The notes under the pieces are model-generated. The model saw only the letters and a program-made list of their open reading frames with translations, made no database searches and had not been told where the DNA came from. A DNA stretch of 32,000 bases, taken from the NCBI RefSeq assembly GCF_000195755.1, contig NC_002937.3, positions 2,100,001 through 2,132,000 of the forward strand, written 5' to 3'. The stretch's first letter is position 1; each line of letters starts with the position of its first letter. Below, one piece after another: positions 16,388-23,166 of the stretch. The stretch comes from Nitratidesulfovibrio vulgaris str. Hildenborough (GTDB taxonomy: Bacteria > Desulfobacterota > Desulfovibrionia > Desulfovibrionales > Desulfovibrionaceae). A program made the translations under genes and the position numbers.

Positions 16388-16671
16388 GAGGATCGTTGCA
16401 TACGGTGGTGCAAGACGCGAAGGATGTGAACCTCATCACGCACCACCCGGTAGGCGACGATATACGGAAGAGCAACCATCACAAGTTCCCGCGTACCGGG
16501 CACTCGCCCAGCTCGACCTCGTTCAGATGAATGGGAAAGAGTGTTGCACGCCTGCAAGATACGGCTAGCAACCTCATGAGCAGTCGCCGCATCGTCCTTG
16601 GCAATGTGCTCCATAATGGCATCCATATCCCTAAGTGCCAGACGGAGCCAGCGCACTCTCCTATTCGACAT
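16384..16671 (-). CDS. ParE/RelE-family type II toxin
   Basis: 95 aa. ...ALRDMDAIMEHIAKDDAATAHEVASRI...RGRAGRVPGTRELVMVALPYIVAYRVVRDEVHILRVLHHRMQ follows the ParE consensus. Its start overlaps the antitoxin gene end by 11 nt. Confidence 0.85.
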   Translation of the reverse strand: MSNRRVRWLRLALRDMDAIMEHIAKDDAATAHEVASRILQACNTLSHSSERGRAGRVPGTRELVMVALPYIVAYRVVRDEVHILRVLHHRMQRSS

Positions 16672-16900
16672 TTACGCCCCACTTCGCAAAAGAACTGGCG
16701 ACTTCCTCATCGGAAGCAAAGTCTCCGGCATCAGCCTGGCGCAATCCTTCAGCAATTGCCGCGACCTGCCAGCTCTCCTCTTCAACATACCGCCTGACAG
16801 CATCGGCAATAAGCCAAGACCGAGTACGGTCGGTGGCCTTAGCCAACGCCTCCAGTTGAAGCTGAGTTTCAGGATCCAGCCGTGTTGTTACAGCGCTCAT
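16661..16900 (-). CDS. Ribbon-helix-helix (CopG/ParD-like) antitoxin
   Basis: MSAVTTRLDPETQLQLEALAKATDRTRSWLIADAVRRYVEEE... is a typical RHH N-terminus. I chose start ATG 16900 because of SD GGAGG 5 nt upstream; the track start 16936 is less likely. Confidence 0.8.
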   Translation of the reverse strand: MSAVTTRLDPETQLQLEALAKATDRTRSWLIADAVRRYVEEESWQVAAIAEGLRQADAGDFASDEEVASSFAKWGVNVE

Positions 16901-16902
16901 AA

Positions 16903-16921
16903 GCACCTCCGCATGTGTACT
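16903..16921. promoter_or_regulatory. Near-perfect inverted repeat ATGTGTAC-tct-GTATACAT (contains palindrome TGTATACA) in the TA / AAA+ divergent promoter region; candidate antitoxin operator
   Basis: Read directly from the sequence. RHH antitoxins usually autoregulate through such repeats. Confidence 0.35.
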
Positions 16922-16978
16922 CTGTATACATTGCAAACATAGAGGTCAAGTTTCCAACCTATCGCACAAGGAGCCACC

Positions 16979-17953
16979 ATGTCCGAAGTACACACGACCA
17001 TCATTGACCTCGACGCCGGAGCCGTTTTCAGCGGCACCCCATCAGGGCGTATCATCAAGGGCTTCGACAAGCCCTGTGCCCACACCCCTAACATCGACCC
17101 GGACTATGTATTCCATGAGTGCAGCCGGGACATCGTCGTATGGCTCATGGACAGCTCAGACCCGCTGTATGTGTTTGGTCCCACGGGAAGTGGCAAGACC
17201 AGCGCCATCAAGCAACTGGCAGCCCGCCTCAACTACCCGGTGTTCGATGTGACCGGGCATGGCAGGCTGGAGTTCCCCGACCTCGTGGGGCACCTGTCGG
17301 TCCGGGACGGAAGCATGGAGTTCCAGTACGGCCCTCTGGCTCTGGCTATGCGGCATGGCGGGATTCTGCTCCTCAACGAGATAGACCTGCTGGAACCGGC
17401 TACCGCCACGGGTTTCAACGGTATCCTCGACGGAGAACCCCTCTGCATTCCCGAGAATGGTGGAGAGATCATCACCCCCCACCCCATGTTCAGGTTCGCA
17501 GCCACTGCCAACACCAATGGCGGCTCCGACGACACGGGACTCTATCAGGGCACCTTACGCCAGAATCTTGCGTTCCTTGATCGATTCTGGCTGTGCGAAA
17601 TGCCGTACCCAGCCCCGGAAGCCGAGAAGGCGTTGCTGGAACGAAGGGCACCGATGCTGCCGGATGACATCAGGACGAGGATGGTGGACTACGCCAATGA
17701 GGTCAGGCGTCTTTTCATGGGGGAAAGCGGAACAACCTATGGTCACAGCATCGAGGTCACCTTCTCGACCAGAACGCTGTTACGCTGGGCTGATCTTACC
17801 GTTCGCTTTCAACCTCTCGCTCGCCAAGGCATCCAGCCGCTTACCTATGCCCTTGATCGAGCTTTGGGCTTCAAGGCCAGCAAGGACACCCGGACCACCC
17901 TGCACGAGTTGGCGCAGCGTCTCTTTCCGCAGCATGCCGCAACGGGGGAGTAG
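16979..17953 (+). CDS. AAA+ ATPase of the MoxR/CobS (AAA_5) type
   Basis: 324 aa with SD AAGGAG. It has Walker A GPTGSGKTS, Walker B ILLLNEID, sensor-like FAATANT and an FLDRF motif. Confidence 0.85.
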   Translation: MSEVHTTIIDLDAGAVFSGTPSGRIIKGFDKPCAHTPNIDPDYVFHECSRDIVVWLMDSSDPLYVFGPTGSGKTSAIKQLAARLNYPVFDVTGHGRLEFPDLVGHLSVRDGSMEFQYGPLALAMRHGGILLLNEIDLLEPATATGFNGILDGEPLCIPENGGEIITPHPMFRFAATANTNGGSDDTGLYQGTLRQNLAFLDRFWLCEMPYPAPEAEKALLERRAPMLPDDIRTRMVDYANEVRRLFMGESGTTYGHSIEVTFSTRTLLRWADLTVRFQPLARQGIQPLTYALDRALGFKASKDTRTTLHELAQRLFPQHAATGE

Positions 17954-18006
17954 ACGGGAGCGGCCCTACCGCACCACTGGATGCGACCGCTCCCCTTGCG
18001 GATTTC

Positions 18007-18303
18007 TTGGATAACCTGCTGGCAACAGCACGCAAAGACCCAAGCCTTCTTCTTCGACACCCCATCTACGTCCATCTCGACAAGCCGACATCCCATGGGT
18101 GGAAGTTCTGGAGCGCTGCCACGACTCAGGACGGCATCACCCTTCGCTGGGCTCGCTATGGTCAAAAGGCACAGGAGCACGTCCTCACAACCGGACGCTG
18201 CCGCTGCGCAAGCCCTTTTGAGGAGCTTCGCTATCGGGTTCTGGACAAGCTCCGCAAAGGCTACCAGCCCGACATGAGCAAGTCCAAGCTCCCCTCTGTC
18301 TAA
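18007..18303 (+). CDS. WGR-domain protein
   Basis: GWKFWSAATTQDGITLRWARYGQKAQ...LRYRVLDKLRKGYQP fits the WGR pattern (KFW / W-G/A-R-x-G / KGY). The start is uncertain: TTG at 18007 with no SD, and the frame is open further upstream. Confidence 0.6.
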   Translation: MDNLLATARKDPSLLLRHPIYVHLDKPTSHGWKFWSAATTQDGITLRWARYGQKAQEHVLTTGRCRCASPFEELRYRVLDKLRKGYQPDMSKSKLPSV

Positions 18304-18371
18304 TTCTATCCGCACAACTCTGAAATCTGGAACGATCGTGTGCCAAAAAGGATCCACGCGAGGAGTTACTC

Positions 18372-18647
18372 ATGACACCACAGACCTTCCCCTTCTCCCA
18401 CTCCATCGAACTCGTCAGGCCAACACCCCGTGGCAACGACTACCTCTACTGGCGGGCTGAAGCCTGCAAGGACGCTCTCAGAATCTGCACATGGTGCGCT
18501 GATGCCTCTGGAGTCCCCGTCGAAGGGCGGGTCATCCAGACCATCGCCTGCGCTCAGTGCCGCTCCGAAGACCCCGTGCTGGAGATGTGGTTCCGGGCGT
18601 CCCACAAGATCGACCGCATGGCATTCCACATCACACAAGGCTGTTAG
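18372..18647 (+). CDS. Small Cys4 (zinc-ribbon-like) protein, paralog 1
   Basis: 91 aa with SD GAGGAG. It has CTWC ... CAQC pairs and the C-terminal motif CAQCRSEDPVLEMWFRASHKIDR. Confidence 0.65.
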   Translation: MTPQTFPFSHSIELVRPTPRGNDYLYWRAEACKDALRICTWCADASGVPVEGRVIQTIACAQCRSEDPVLEMWFRASHKIDRMAFHITQGC

Positions 18648-18656
18648 GAGGCAGAC

Positions 18657-18944
18657 ATGGACCCTCTGAAGGAGTTACGCATCTACAGCTGTGAGCACGA
18701 AATCCACCTAGTCCACCGGGACAGGTTCGACGTGCTCGCCGCCCACTGGAGAGCGCGAGCTGAAACACACCAGTTGGTCATCATGGAATGGAAAGGCTTT
18801 CCCGATGACCCCACACCGAGGGGTGAAATACGCACGCAGCACATTGAAGCTCGAGAATGCACCGACTGCGACCCCGTGCAGGAACTCTGGCGACAGGCTG
18901 GAGACAGGATACAGCGACACTACCGTTTCAAGGACGGAGAGTAA
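18657..18944 (+). CDS. Small Cys-containing protein, paralog 2
   Basis: 95 aa with SD AGGAGG. CTDCDPVQELWRQAGDRIQR aligns with the C-terminal motif of the preceding gene. HEIHLVHR / HWRARAE aligns with HSIELVR / YWRAEA. Confidence 0.65.
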   Translation: MDPLKELRIYSCEHEIHLVHRDRFDVLAAHWRARAETHQLVIMEWKGFPDDPTPRGEIRTQHIEARECTDCDPVQELWRQAGDRIQRHYRFKDGE

Positions 18945-18945
18945 C

Positions 18946-18975
18946 GAGCCCCTCAAATGAGGGGCTTCTTCATTT
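18946..18975 (+). terminator. Hairpin AGCCCCTC-aaat-GAGGGGCT followed by TCTTCATTT
   Basis: 8-bp GC-rich stem, 4-nt loop and a moderately T-rich tail. It lies between the paralog-2 stop and the next start. Confidence 0.45.
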
Positions 18976-18989
18976 GCATGGAGGACATC

Positions 18990-19985
18990 ATGACCACAGA
19001 CATCACTGTTCTGGAAAGTCTCATGGCCATTCACCTCGACGTGAACATCTGGACGGCCAGAAAGAAACTGAGCCCTGCCGACTTCGGCGGGGCCGAGCTT
19101 CCCCCCGAGGATCTGGCATCTCTGGGAAGCAAGAGGGTTTGTGATCCTGAAGACCTGAAGGTCTTTGGCACATTGAAGGCCCGTGCTGTGAGCCTTCTCG
19201 ACCGTCATGGCATACGTTTTCTGGGCGGATGGGCCATCCCCCACGACCGGGCGGAAGAGATCGGTGCAGAGCTCGCAACGATACGTGACGCGTTCATGGA
19301 GGCCAAAGAGACCTTTCTTGCCCGGTATGACGAAGCCGTGCAGGAGTGGATCACCCGCCATACGGGATGGGAGCAGATCATTGCCAGTTCCACCGTTGGC
19401 GCGGATTACGTTCGAAGCCGTATGGGCTTCCGCTGGCAGGTGTACCGCATCATGCCGCCTGCACTACCACAGAGCGTAGAAGAGGGGCTGTGCGAAGAGG
19501 TTGTCGGTCTGGGGTCACGCCTTTTCGGGGAGGTGGCCAAGGCCGCCACAGAAGCGTGGCACAAATGCTATGCAGGCAAGACAGAGATCACCCGCAAAGC
19601 GCTCTCGCCTCTGCGCACCATACACCAGAAGCTATCGGGGTTGACCTTCGTCGAGCCGCGTGTGGCTCCCATCGCCGACCTGTTGCAGGTAGCGTTTGAA
19701 AGCCTGCCCAAGCGGGGCAAGATCGAAGGAGCTTCCCTGCTCATGCTACAGGGAATCGTGGCTCTCTTGCGGGATACCGGTGCGCTTGTGGAGCACGGCC
19801 AGAAGATCCTTGAAGGAGCATCTCCCCAAGGGCTTCTGGCCATCCTTGGTGGCCCTGCCGCTGCATCTGACAGTGTGGCTGATGACCTCGCTGTCGAGAT
19901 TGATGATGTGGTTGATGACCTCGCCCCGGCACCTGTATTCCCTGGCACCCCGCAGCCTACGCTACCAAGCTACGGGCTCTGGTGA
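18990..19985 (+). CDS. DUF3150-like protein (function unknown)
   Basis: I chose start ATG 18990 because of SD GGAGGA 4 nt upstream. LESLMAIHLDVNIWTARKKLSPADF...LPPEDLASLGSKRVCDPEDLKVFGTLKARAVSLLDRHGIRFLGGWAIP resembles the family I recall as DUF3150, which is usually found beside CobS/CobT-like genes. Confidence 0.7.
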   Translation: MTTDITVLESLMAIHLDVNIWTARKKLSPADFGGAELPPEDLASLGSKRVCDPEDLKVFGTLKARAVSLLDRHGIRFLGGWAIPHDRAEEIGAELATIRDAFMEAKETFLARYDEAVQEWITRHTGWEQIIASSTVGADYVRSRMGFRWQVYRIMPPALPQSVEEGLCEEVVGLGSRLFGEVAKAATEAWHKCYAGKTEITRKALSPLRTIHQKLSGLTFVEPRVAPIADLLQVAFESLPKRGKIEGASLLMLQGIVALLRDTGALVEHGQKILEGASPQGLLAILGGPAAASDSVADDLAVEIDDVVDDLAPAPVFPGTPQPTLPSYGLW

Positions 19986-20046
19986 TTCGCTGGACAGCAT
20001 GCTGGAAGGCGTTTACCTAGCAACAAGATACGCGAGGATAGCTTAC

Positions 20047-20793
20047 ATGACTCACGATGCATTCCAGACAGTCGATGCGCTGAAGGCCAAGCTAGATTCG
20101 CATCGTCCTTTGCCTGCAGAGGCCGTCCGCCAACTCCGGGCGGACATGGTCTTGCGGTACACCTTTCATTCCAACGCCATTGAGGGGAACACGCTTTCGC
20201 TCATGGAGACCAAGGTTGTACTGGAAGATGGCATGACCATAGGTGGCAAGTCTGTTCGTGAGCATCTTGAAGCCATCAACCATGCCGAGGCCATCAGCTT
20301 CCTTGAAACCCTCGTTGATGCGGGAGCACCGCTTGACGAGCGCAGCCTCAAGGAGCTGCACCAGTTGGTGTTTCGCGGCATATCCGACAGTGCAGGGCGT
20401 TATCGTACAGGGAACGTTATCATTTCCGGTGCCGGGCATACACCGCCAGATCATCTGCATGTGCAGCACCGGATGGACGCCTTCTTTGATTGGTATGGTC
20501 AGGAAGAGATGCAACTCCATCCCGTGGAGCGAGCAGCCCGAATGCATGCCGATCTGGTGGTCATCCATCCGTTTACGGACGGTAACGGGCGTACATCGCG
20601 CCTTGCCATGAATCTGGAACTGATGCGAGCAGGCTTCCCCACTGTCGTCATTCCCGTCGAGCAGCGAGCTGCCTACTACGAGAACCTTGATGCCGTAGGG
20701 ACCCGGCAGGATTACGAGCCATTCATCCGGCAGGTTGTCGCCCTTGTCGAGCACAGCTTTGCCCCCTACTGGCCGCTACTTGGCCTAGCCTGA
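20047..20793 (+). CDS. Fic-domain protein (probable AMPylase), with N-terminal SxxxEG inhibitory-type motif
   Basis: The active site HPFTDGNGRTSR (HxFx[D/E]GNGRxxR) is intact. The upstream FHSNAIEGNTL contains S-x-x-x-E-G. I chose start ATG 20047; the 19696 track start would overlap the preceding gene by about 290 nt. Confidence 0.85.
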   Translation: MTHDAFQTVDALKAKLDSHRPLPAEAVRQLRADMVLRYTFHSNAIEGNTLSLMETKVVLEDGMTIGGKSVREHLEAINHAEAISFLETLVDAGAPLDERSLKELHQLVFRGISDSAGRYRTGNVIISGAGHTPPDHLHVQHRMDAFFDWYGQEEMQLHPVERAARMHADLVVIHPFTDGNGRTSRLAMNLELMRAGFPTVVIPVEQRAAYYENLDAVGTRQDYEPFIRQVVALVEHSFAPYWPLLGLA

Positions 20794-20814
20794 GAACCAC
20801 AGCCATACGCCAGC

Positions 20815-20846
20815 AAAGCCCCGGAGCATCCGCTTCGGGGCTTTTG
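20815..20846 (+). terminator. Hairpin AAAGCCCCG-(12 nt)-CGGGGCTTT + TTG after the Fic gene
   Basis: 9-bp stem read directly from the sequence, with T residues at the 3' side. It abuts the SD of the next gene. Confidence 0.5.
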
Positions 20847-20861
20847 CATGTTGGAGGAACT

Positions 20862-22463
20862 ATGCACGATTCACGAGCTGTCATGCGCTCGCTGCCCCTG
20901 GTCGCAAGTATCCTGGGGCGCAGATATGGCATTCAGGTGCAAATCGGCGGAACCGAAGCCTACACCGACGGCAAGACCATTCATCTTCCGTCGCTTCCCG
21001 TTGAAGACAACAATCTGCTTCCCCTCGTTCGTGGCTATCTCGACCACGAAGCGGGGCATGTCCGGGAAACGGACTTCGACGTGTTGCGGGAAGCCACGCT
21101 TACCCCGCTTGAAATGCACATATGGAACATCATTGAAGACTGGCGCATCGAAAACAAGCTGGCGTCGATCTTTCCCGGGTGTCGTCAGAACTTCGACTGG
21201 CTCATCACCCATCTCTTCGGCTCAGCTACCCCCGACGTATCCGCGACTGGGGATGCGTCCTGCATTCTCAACTGGATGCTCCTGACGGTGCGATGCTGGG
21301 ATGTCCCCGCGCTCAGCACCGAGCGCGATACCATCGCATCCATGGTGGATGCGGGATTCCCCGGCGTCCGACAGCGGATTGCCCCACTGCTGAACAAGGT
21401 ACGGACGGATTGCGACGCAACAGCTGATGCCATTCGCCATGCACGGATAATCGTTCAAGCGCTTCGAAAGCAGGTGGCTCACTCAAGCCCTTCGGCGAAT
21501 ACCCAGCGCAAAACGACGAAAAAGACCATTGTGCGAGAGCCATCTGATGGCCCAGCAGCGGTGGAAGAGGGCTCTGGGCACTACACCCCGGAGCGCATCC
21601 GGGCCATGGAAAGCCTGCTGGAGGCCAACGAAGACACACTCCCCAAAACAATGGGCGCAGTCTTGGCTGAGGCCCTGCAACAAGCACACGGCACATCATG
21701 GTCCACAGCTGTTGCCGTAGAGCAGCCACGGCTGGCCTACCCGCTGGATGCGGATGCCATAGCGCAGGCTCGCGCCGCCTCCATGGCCCTTAAAACACGG
21801 CTGCATGGGCTGGTACAAAGTGCCGTCGTAACGCGGTGCGCCACGGGTAGGCGTGGAAGGCTGGACCCCAGCCGTCTTCACCGGCTTTCCGTGTCAGATG
21901 GGCGTTTGTTCCGCCAACGTGGAGAACGCCACGGCATCAACACGGCGGCACACATCCTGTTGGACAGCTCCGGCTCCATGTCCGGTTGCATGACGCTGGC
22001 ATCGACTGCGTGTCATGCCACGGCCAGTGCTCTGGCAGCCTGCGGCGTCAACGTGGGGCTGACGGCCTTTCCGGGGCACTATCTCACGGCTCAGGCCAAC
22101 TGGGCGAGTGTGTCTCCACTCATACGCCATGGGCAACGAGTGCATCCCAAGGTCAACGTGACCTCTGGCGGAGGAACTCCCCTTGCGGAGTCACTCTGGT
22201 GGACCATGCAGACCATGTTGCCCCTTCCAGAGTCCCGTAAGCTCATCCTGATCATCACCGATGGCGACCCCGACTCGGGAGTGCAAGCGGAAGAAGCACT
22301 CGTCGGTGCAGCACGTGCCGGATTCGAAGTCTACGGAATCGGCATCATCAGCACCGCCATTCTCTCCCTCCTGCCAGGCAATAGCTTGGTCATTTCCAGC
22401 ATGGGGGAACTGGCTCCTGCCATGTTTACGCTTCTGCAAAAGGCAATGCTGCGCTGCGCCTGA
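20862..22463 (+). CDS. HExxH-motif N-terminal domain + C-terminal von Willebrand factor A domain protein (CobT-like)
   Basis: I chose start ATG 20862 (SD GGAGG 20853..20857). It has LDHEAGHV (HExxH, nt 21045..21059) and a downstream EDWRIE. The VWA MIDAS is LLDSSGSMSG (nt 21964..) plus LILIITDGDPDSG. Confidence 0.8.
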   Translation: MHDSRAVMRSLPLVASILGRRYGIQVQIGGTEAYTDGKTIHLPSLPVEDNNLLPLVRGYLDHEAGHVRETDFDVLREATLTPLEMHIWNIIEDWRIENKLASIFPGCRQNFDWLITHLFGSATPDVSATGDASCILNWMLLTVRCWDVPALSTERDTIASMVDAGFPGVRQRIAPLLNKVRTDCDATADAIRHARIIVQALRKQVAHSSPSANTQRKTTKKTIVREPSDGPAAVEEGSGHYTPERIRAMESLLEANEDTLPKTMGAVLAEALQQAHGTSWSTAVAVEQPRLAYPLDADAIAQARAASMALKTRLHGLVQSAVVTRCATGRRGRLDPSRLHRLSVSDGRLFRQRGERHGINTAAHILLDSSGSMSGCMTLASTACHATASALAACGVNVGLTAFPGHYLTAQANWASVSPLIRHGQRVHPKVNVTSGGGTPLAESLWWTMQTMLPLPESRKLILIITDGDPDSGVQAEEALVGAARAGFEVYGIGIISTAILSLLPGNSLVISSMGELAPAMFTLLQKAMLRCA

Positions 22464-22509
22464 CGCCCCTTGAATGGCTCAAGCCTTACACCCTGAACCC
22501 GGAGGAGCC

Positions 22510-22629
22510 ATGTTTTGGAGCAAGCCTTGCTCTTACTGGCGTTGCCACTTCTGTTTCCTGATGCCCCCTGAGTGCTTTCTGCTCAGGGCTTGCCCCCGTC
22601 AAACCCGCTTGATGAAGGAGGATCTATGA
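22510..22629 (+). CDS. Possible 39-aa Cys-rich micro-ORF
   Basis: MFWSKPCSYWRCHFCFLMPPECFLLRACPRQTRLMKEDL, with a GGAGGAG just upstream. Its stop overlaps the next ATG (ATGA). The region also contains the hairpin CCTGAG-n9-CTCAGG, so it may be a structured leader rather than coding. Confidence 0.25.
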   Translation: MFWSKPCSYWRCHFCFLMPPECFLLRACPRQTRLMKEDL

Positions 22630-22697
22630 GTTGGGGACCTTTTATCGCGATCGCCATCGCCGTACTGAATGTCGTCAAGGAGAGCATCGATGACTGA
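22626..22697 (+). CDS. Possible 23-aa hydrophobic peptide
   Basis: MSWGPFIAIAIAVLNVVKESIDD. A strong SD AAGGAGG lies 5 nt upstream. It overlaps the next ORF by 8 nt. Confidence 0.4.
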   Translation: MSWGPFIAIAIAVLNVVKESIDD

Positions 22698-22872
22698 CCT
22701 CGAATCCAAGGACAAGGGGCTGAGCAAGGTGTGGGTGTTTCTTGGTGGCTGCCTGACAGGTGTCGCAGGTGTATTCGTGGCAGCTATGCTTTCGGAGGAA
22801 AGCGATACGGAGATGCCTCGCTCTGAAGATGAACTGTTGGCATTGCCAGAAGGACACCCCTTCGAGGAGTAG
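22690..22872 (+). CDS. 60-aa single-pass membrane protein with acidic tail
   Basis: MTDLESKDKGLSKVWVFLGGCLTGVAGVFVAAMLSEESDTEMPRSEDELLALPEGHPFEE, with SD AAGGAG 7 nt upstream. The track lists the same frame from 22669. Confidence 0.55.
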   Translation: MTDLESKDKGLSKVWVFLGGCLTGVAGVFVAAMLSEESDTEMPRSEDELLALPEGHPFEE

Positions 22873-22959
22873 TCTATGGTGAGGGGGGGAGCATGCCCCT
22901 CCTCACGCTTACAATCTCTGTGTCAAAGCGACACGATGCGCCAAAAAGAAGCTAGCACA

Positions 22960-23106
22960 AGATACTGATATACATATTTTTTTACTTTTTGGACTCATTT
23001 TTTTCACCGTAATGCGACGCATACCCACCGAATCACCGGTGCATTTCGCGGCACAACCCCGGCGCATCGCGGTAAAAGCACCGCGCATGGCCGGGCATTT
23101 CAGAAA
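22960..23106. other. AT-rich block followed by four imperfect ~22-bp direct repeats (GCAT-n-CGCGG/CACCG type); candidate replication origin of the element
   Basis: The AT-rich block is GATACTGATATACATATTTTTTTACTTTTTGGACTCATTTTTTTCACC. GCAT then recurs at 23019, 23041, 23064 and 23085 (spacing 22, 23, 21 nt) in similar contexts (GCATTTCGCGGCAC, GCATCGCGGTAA, GCATGGCCGG). It lies between convergent genes, next to the helicase gene. Confidence 0.35.
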
Positions 23107-23137
23107 AAGGAAGGGTGCCCCGTATGCTGAGGCACCC
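23102..23137 (-). terminator. Rho-independent terminator of the helicase gene
   Basis: The minus strand reads GGGTGCC-tcagcatacgg-GGCACCC followed by TTCCTTTTTCTG. It lies 30 nt downstream of the stop at 23167. Confidence 0.6.
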
Positions 23138-23166
23138 GTTCAAGACGGAATCGCTTGCAAGCAGAT

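Noticed and set aside
18708-19361. 217-aa minus-strand ORF
   Set aside because: It spans the paralog-2 gene, a terminator hairpin and the DUF3150-like gene on the opposite strand. It has no SD, and the plus-strand genes have strong SDs and recognisable features.
19696-20046. Extended N-terminus of the Fic ORF as listed in the track (365 aa)
   Set aside because: The extra 117 codons overlap the 3' end of the DUF3150-like gene in another frame and look like read-through. The Fic fold is fully accounted for from ATG 20047.
20092-20754. 220-aa minus-strand ORF
   Set aside because: It is antisense to the Fic gene, whose catalytic motif is intact on the plus strand.
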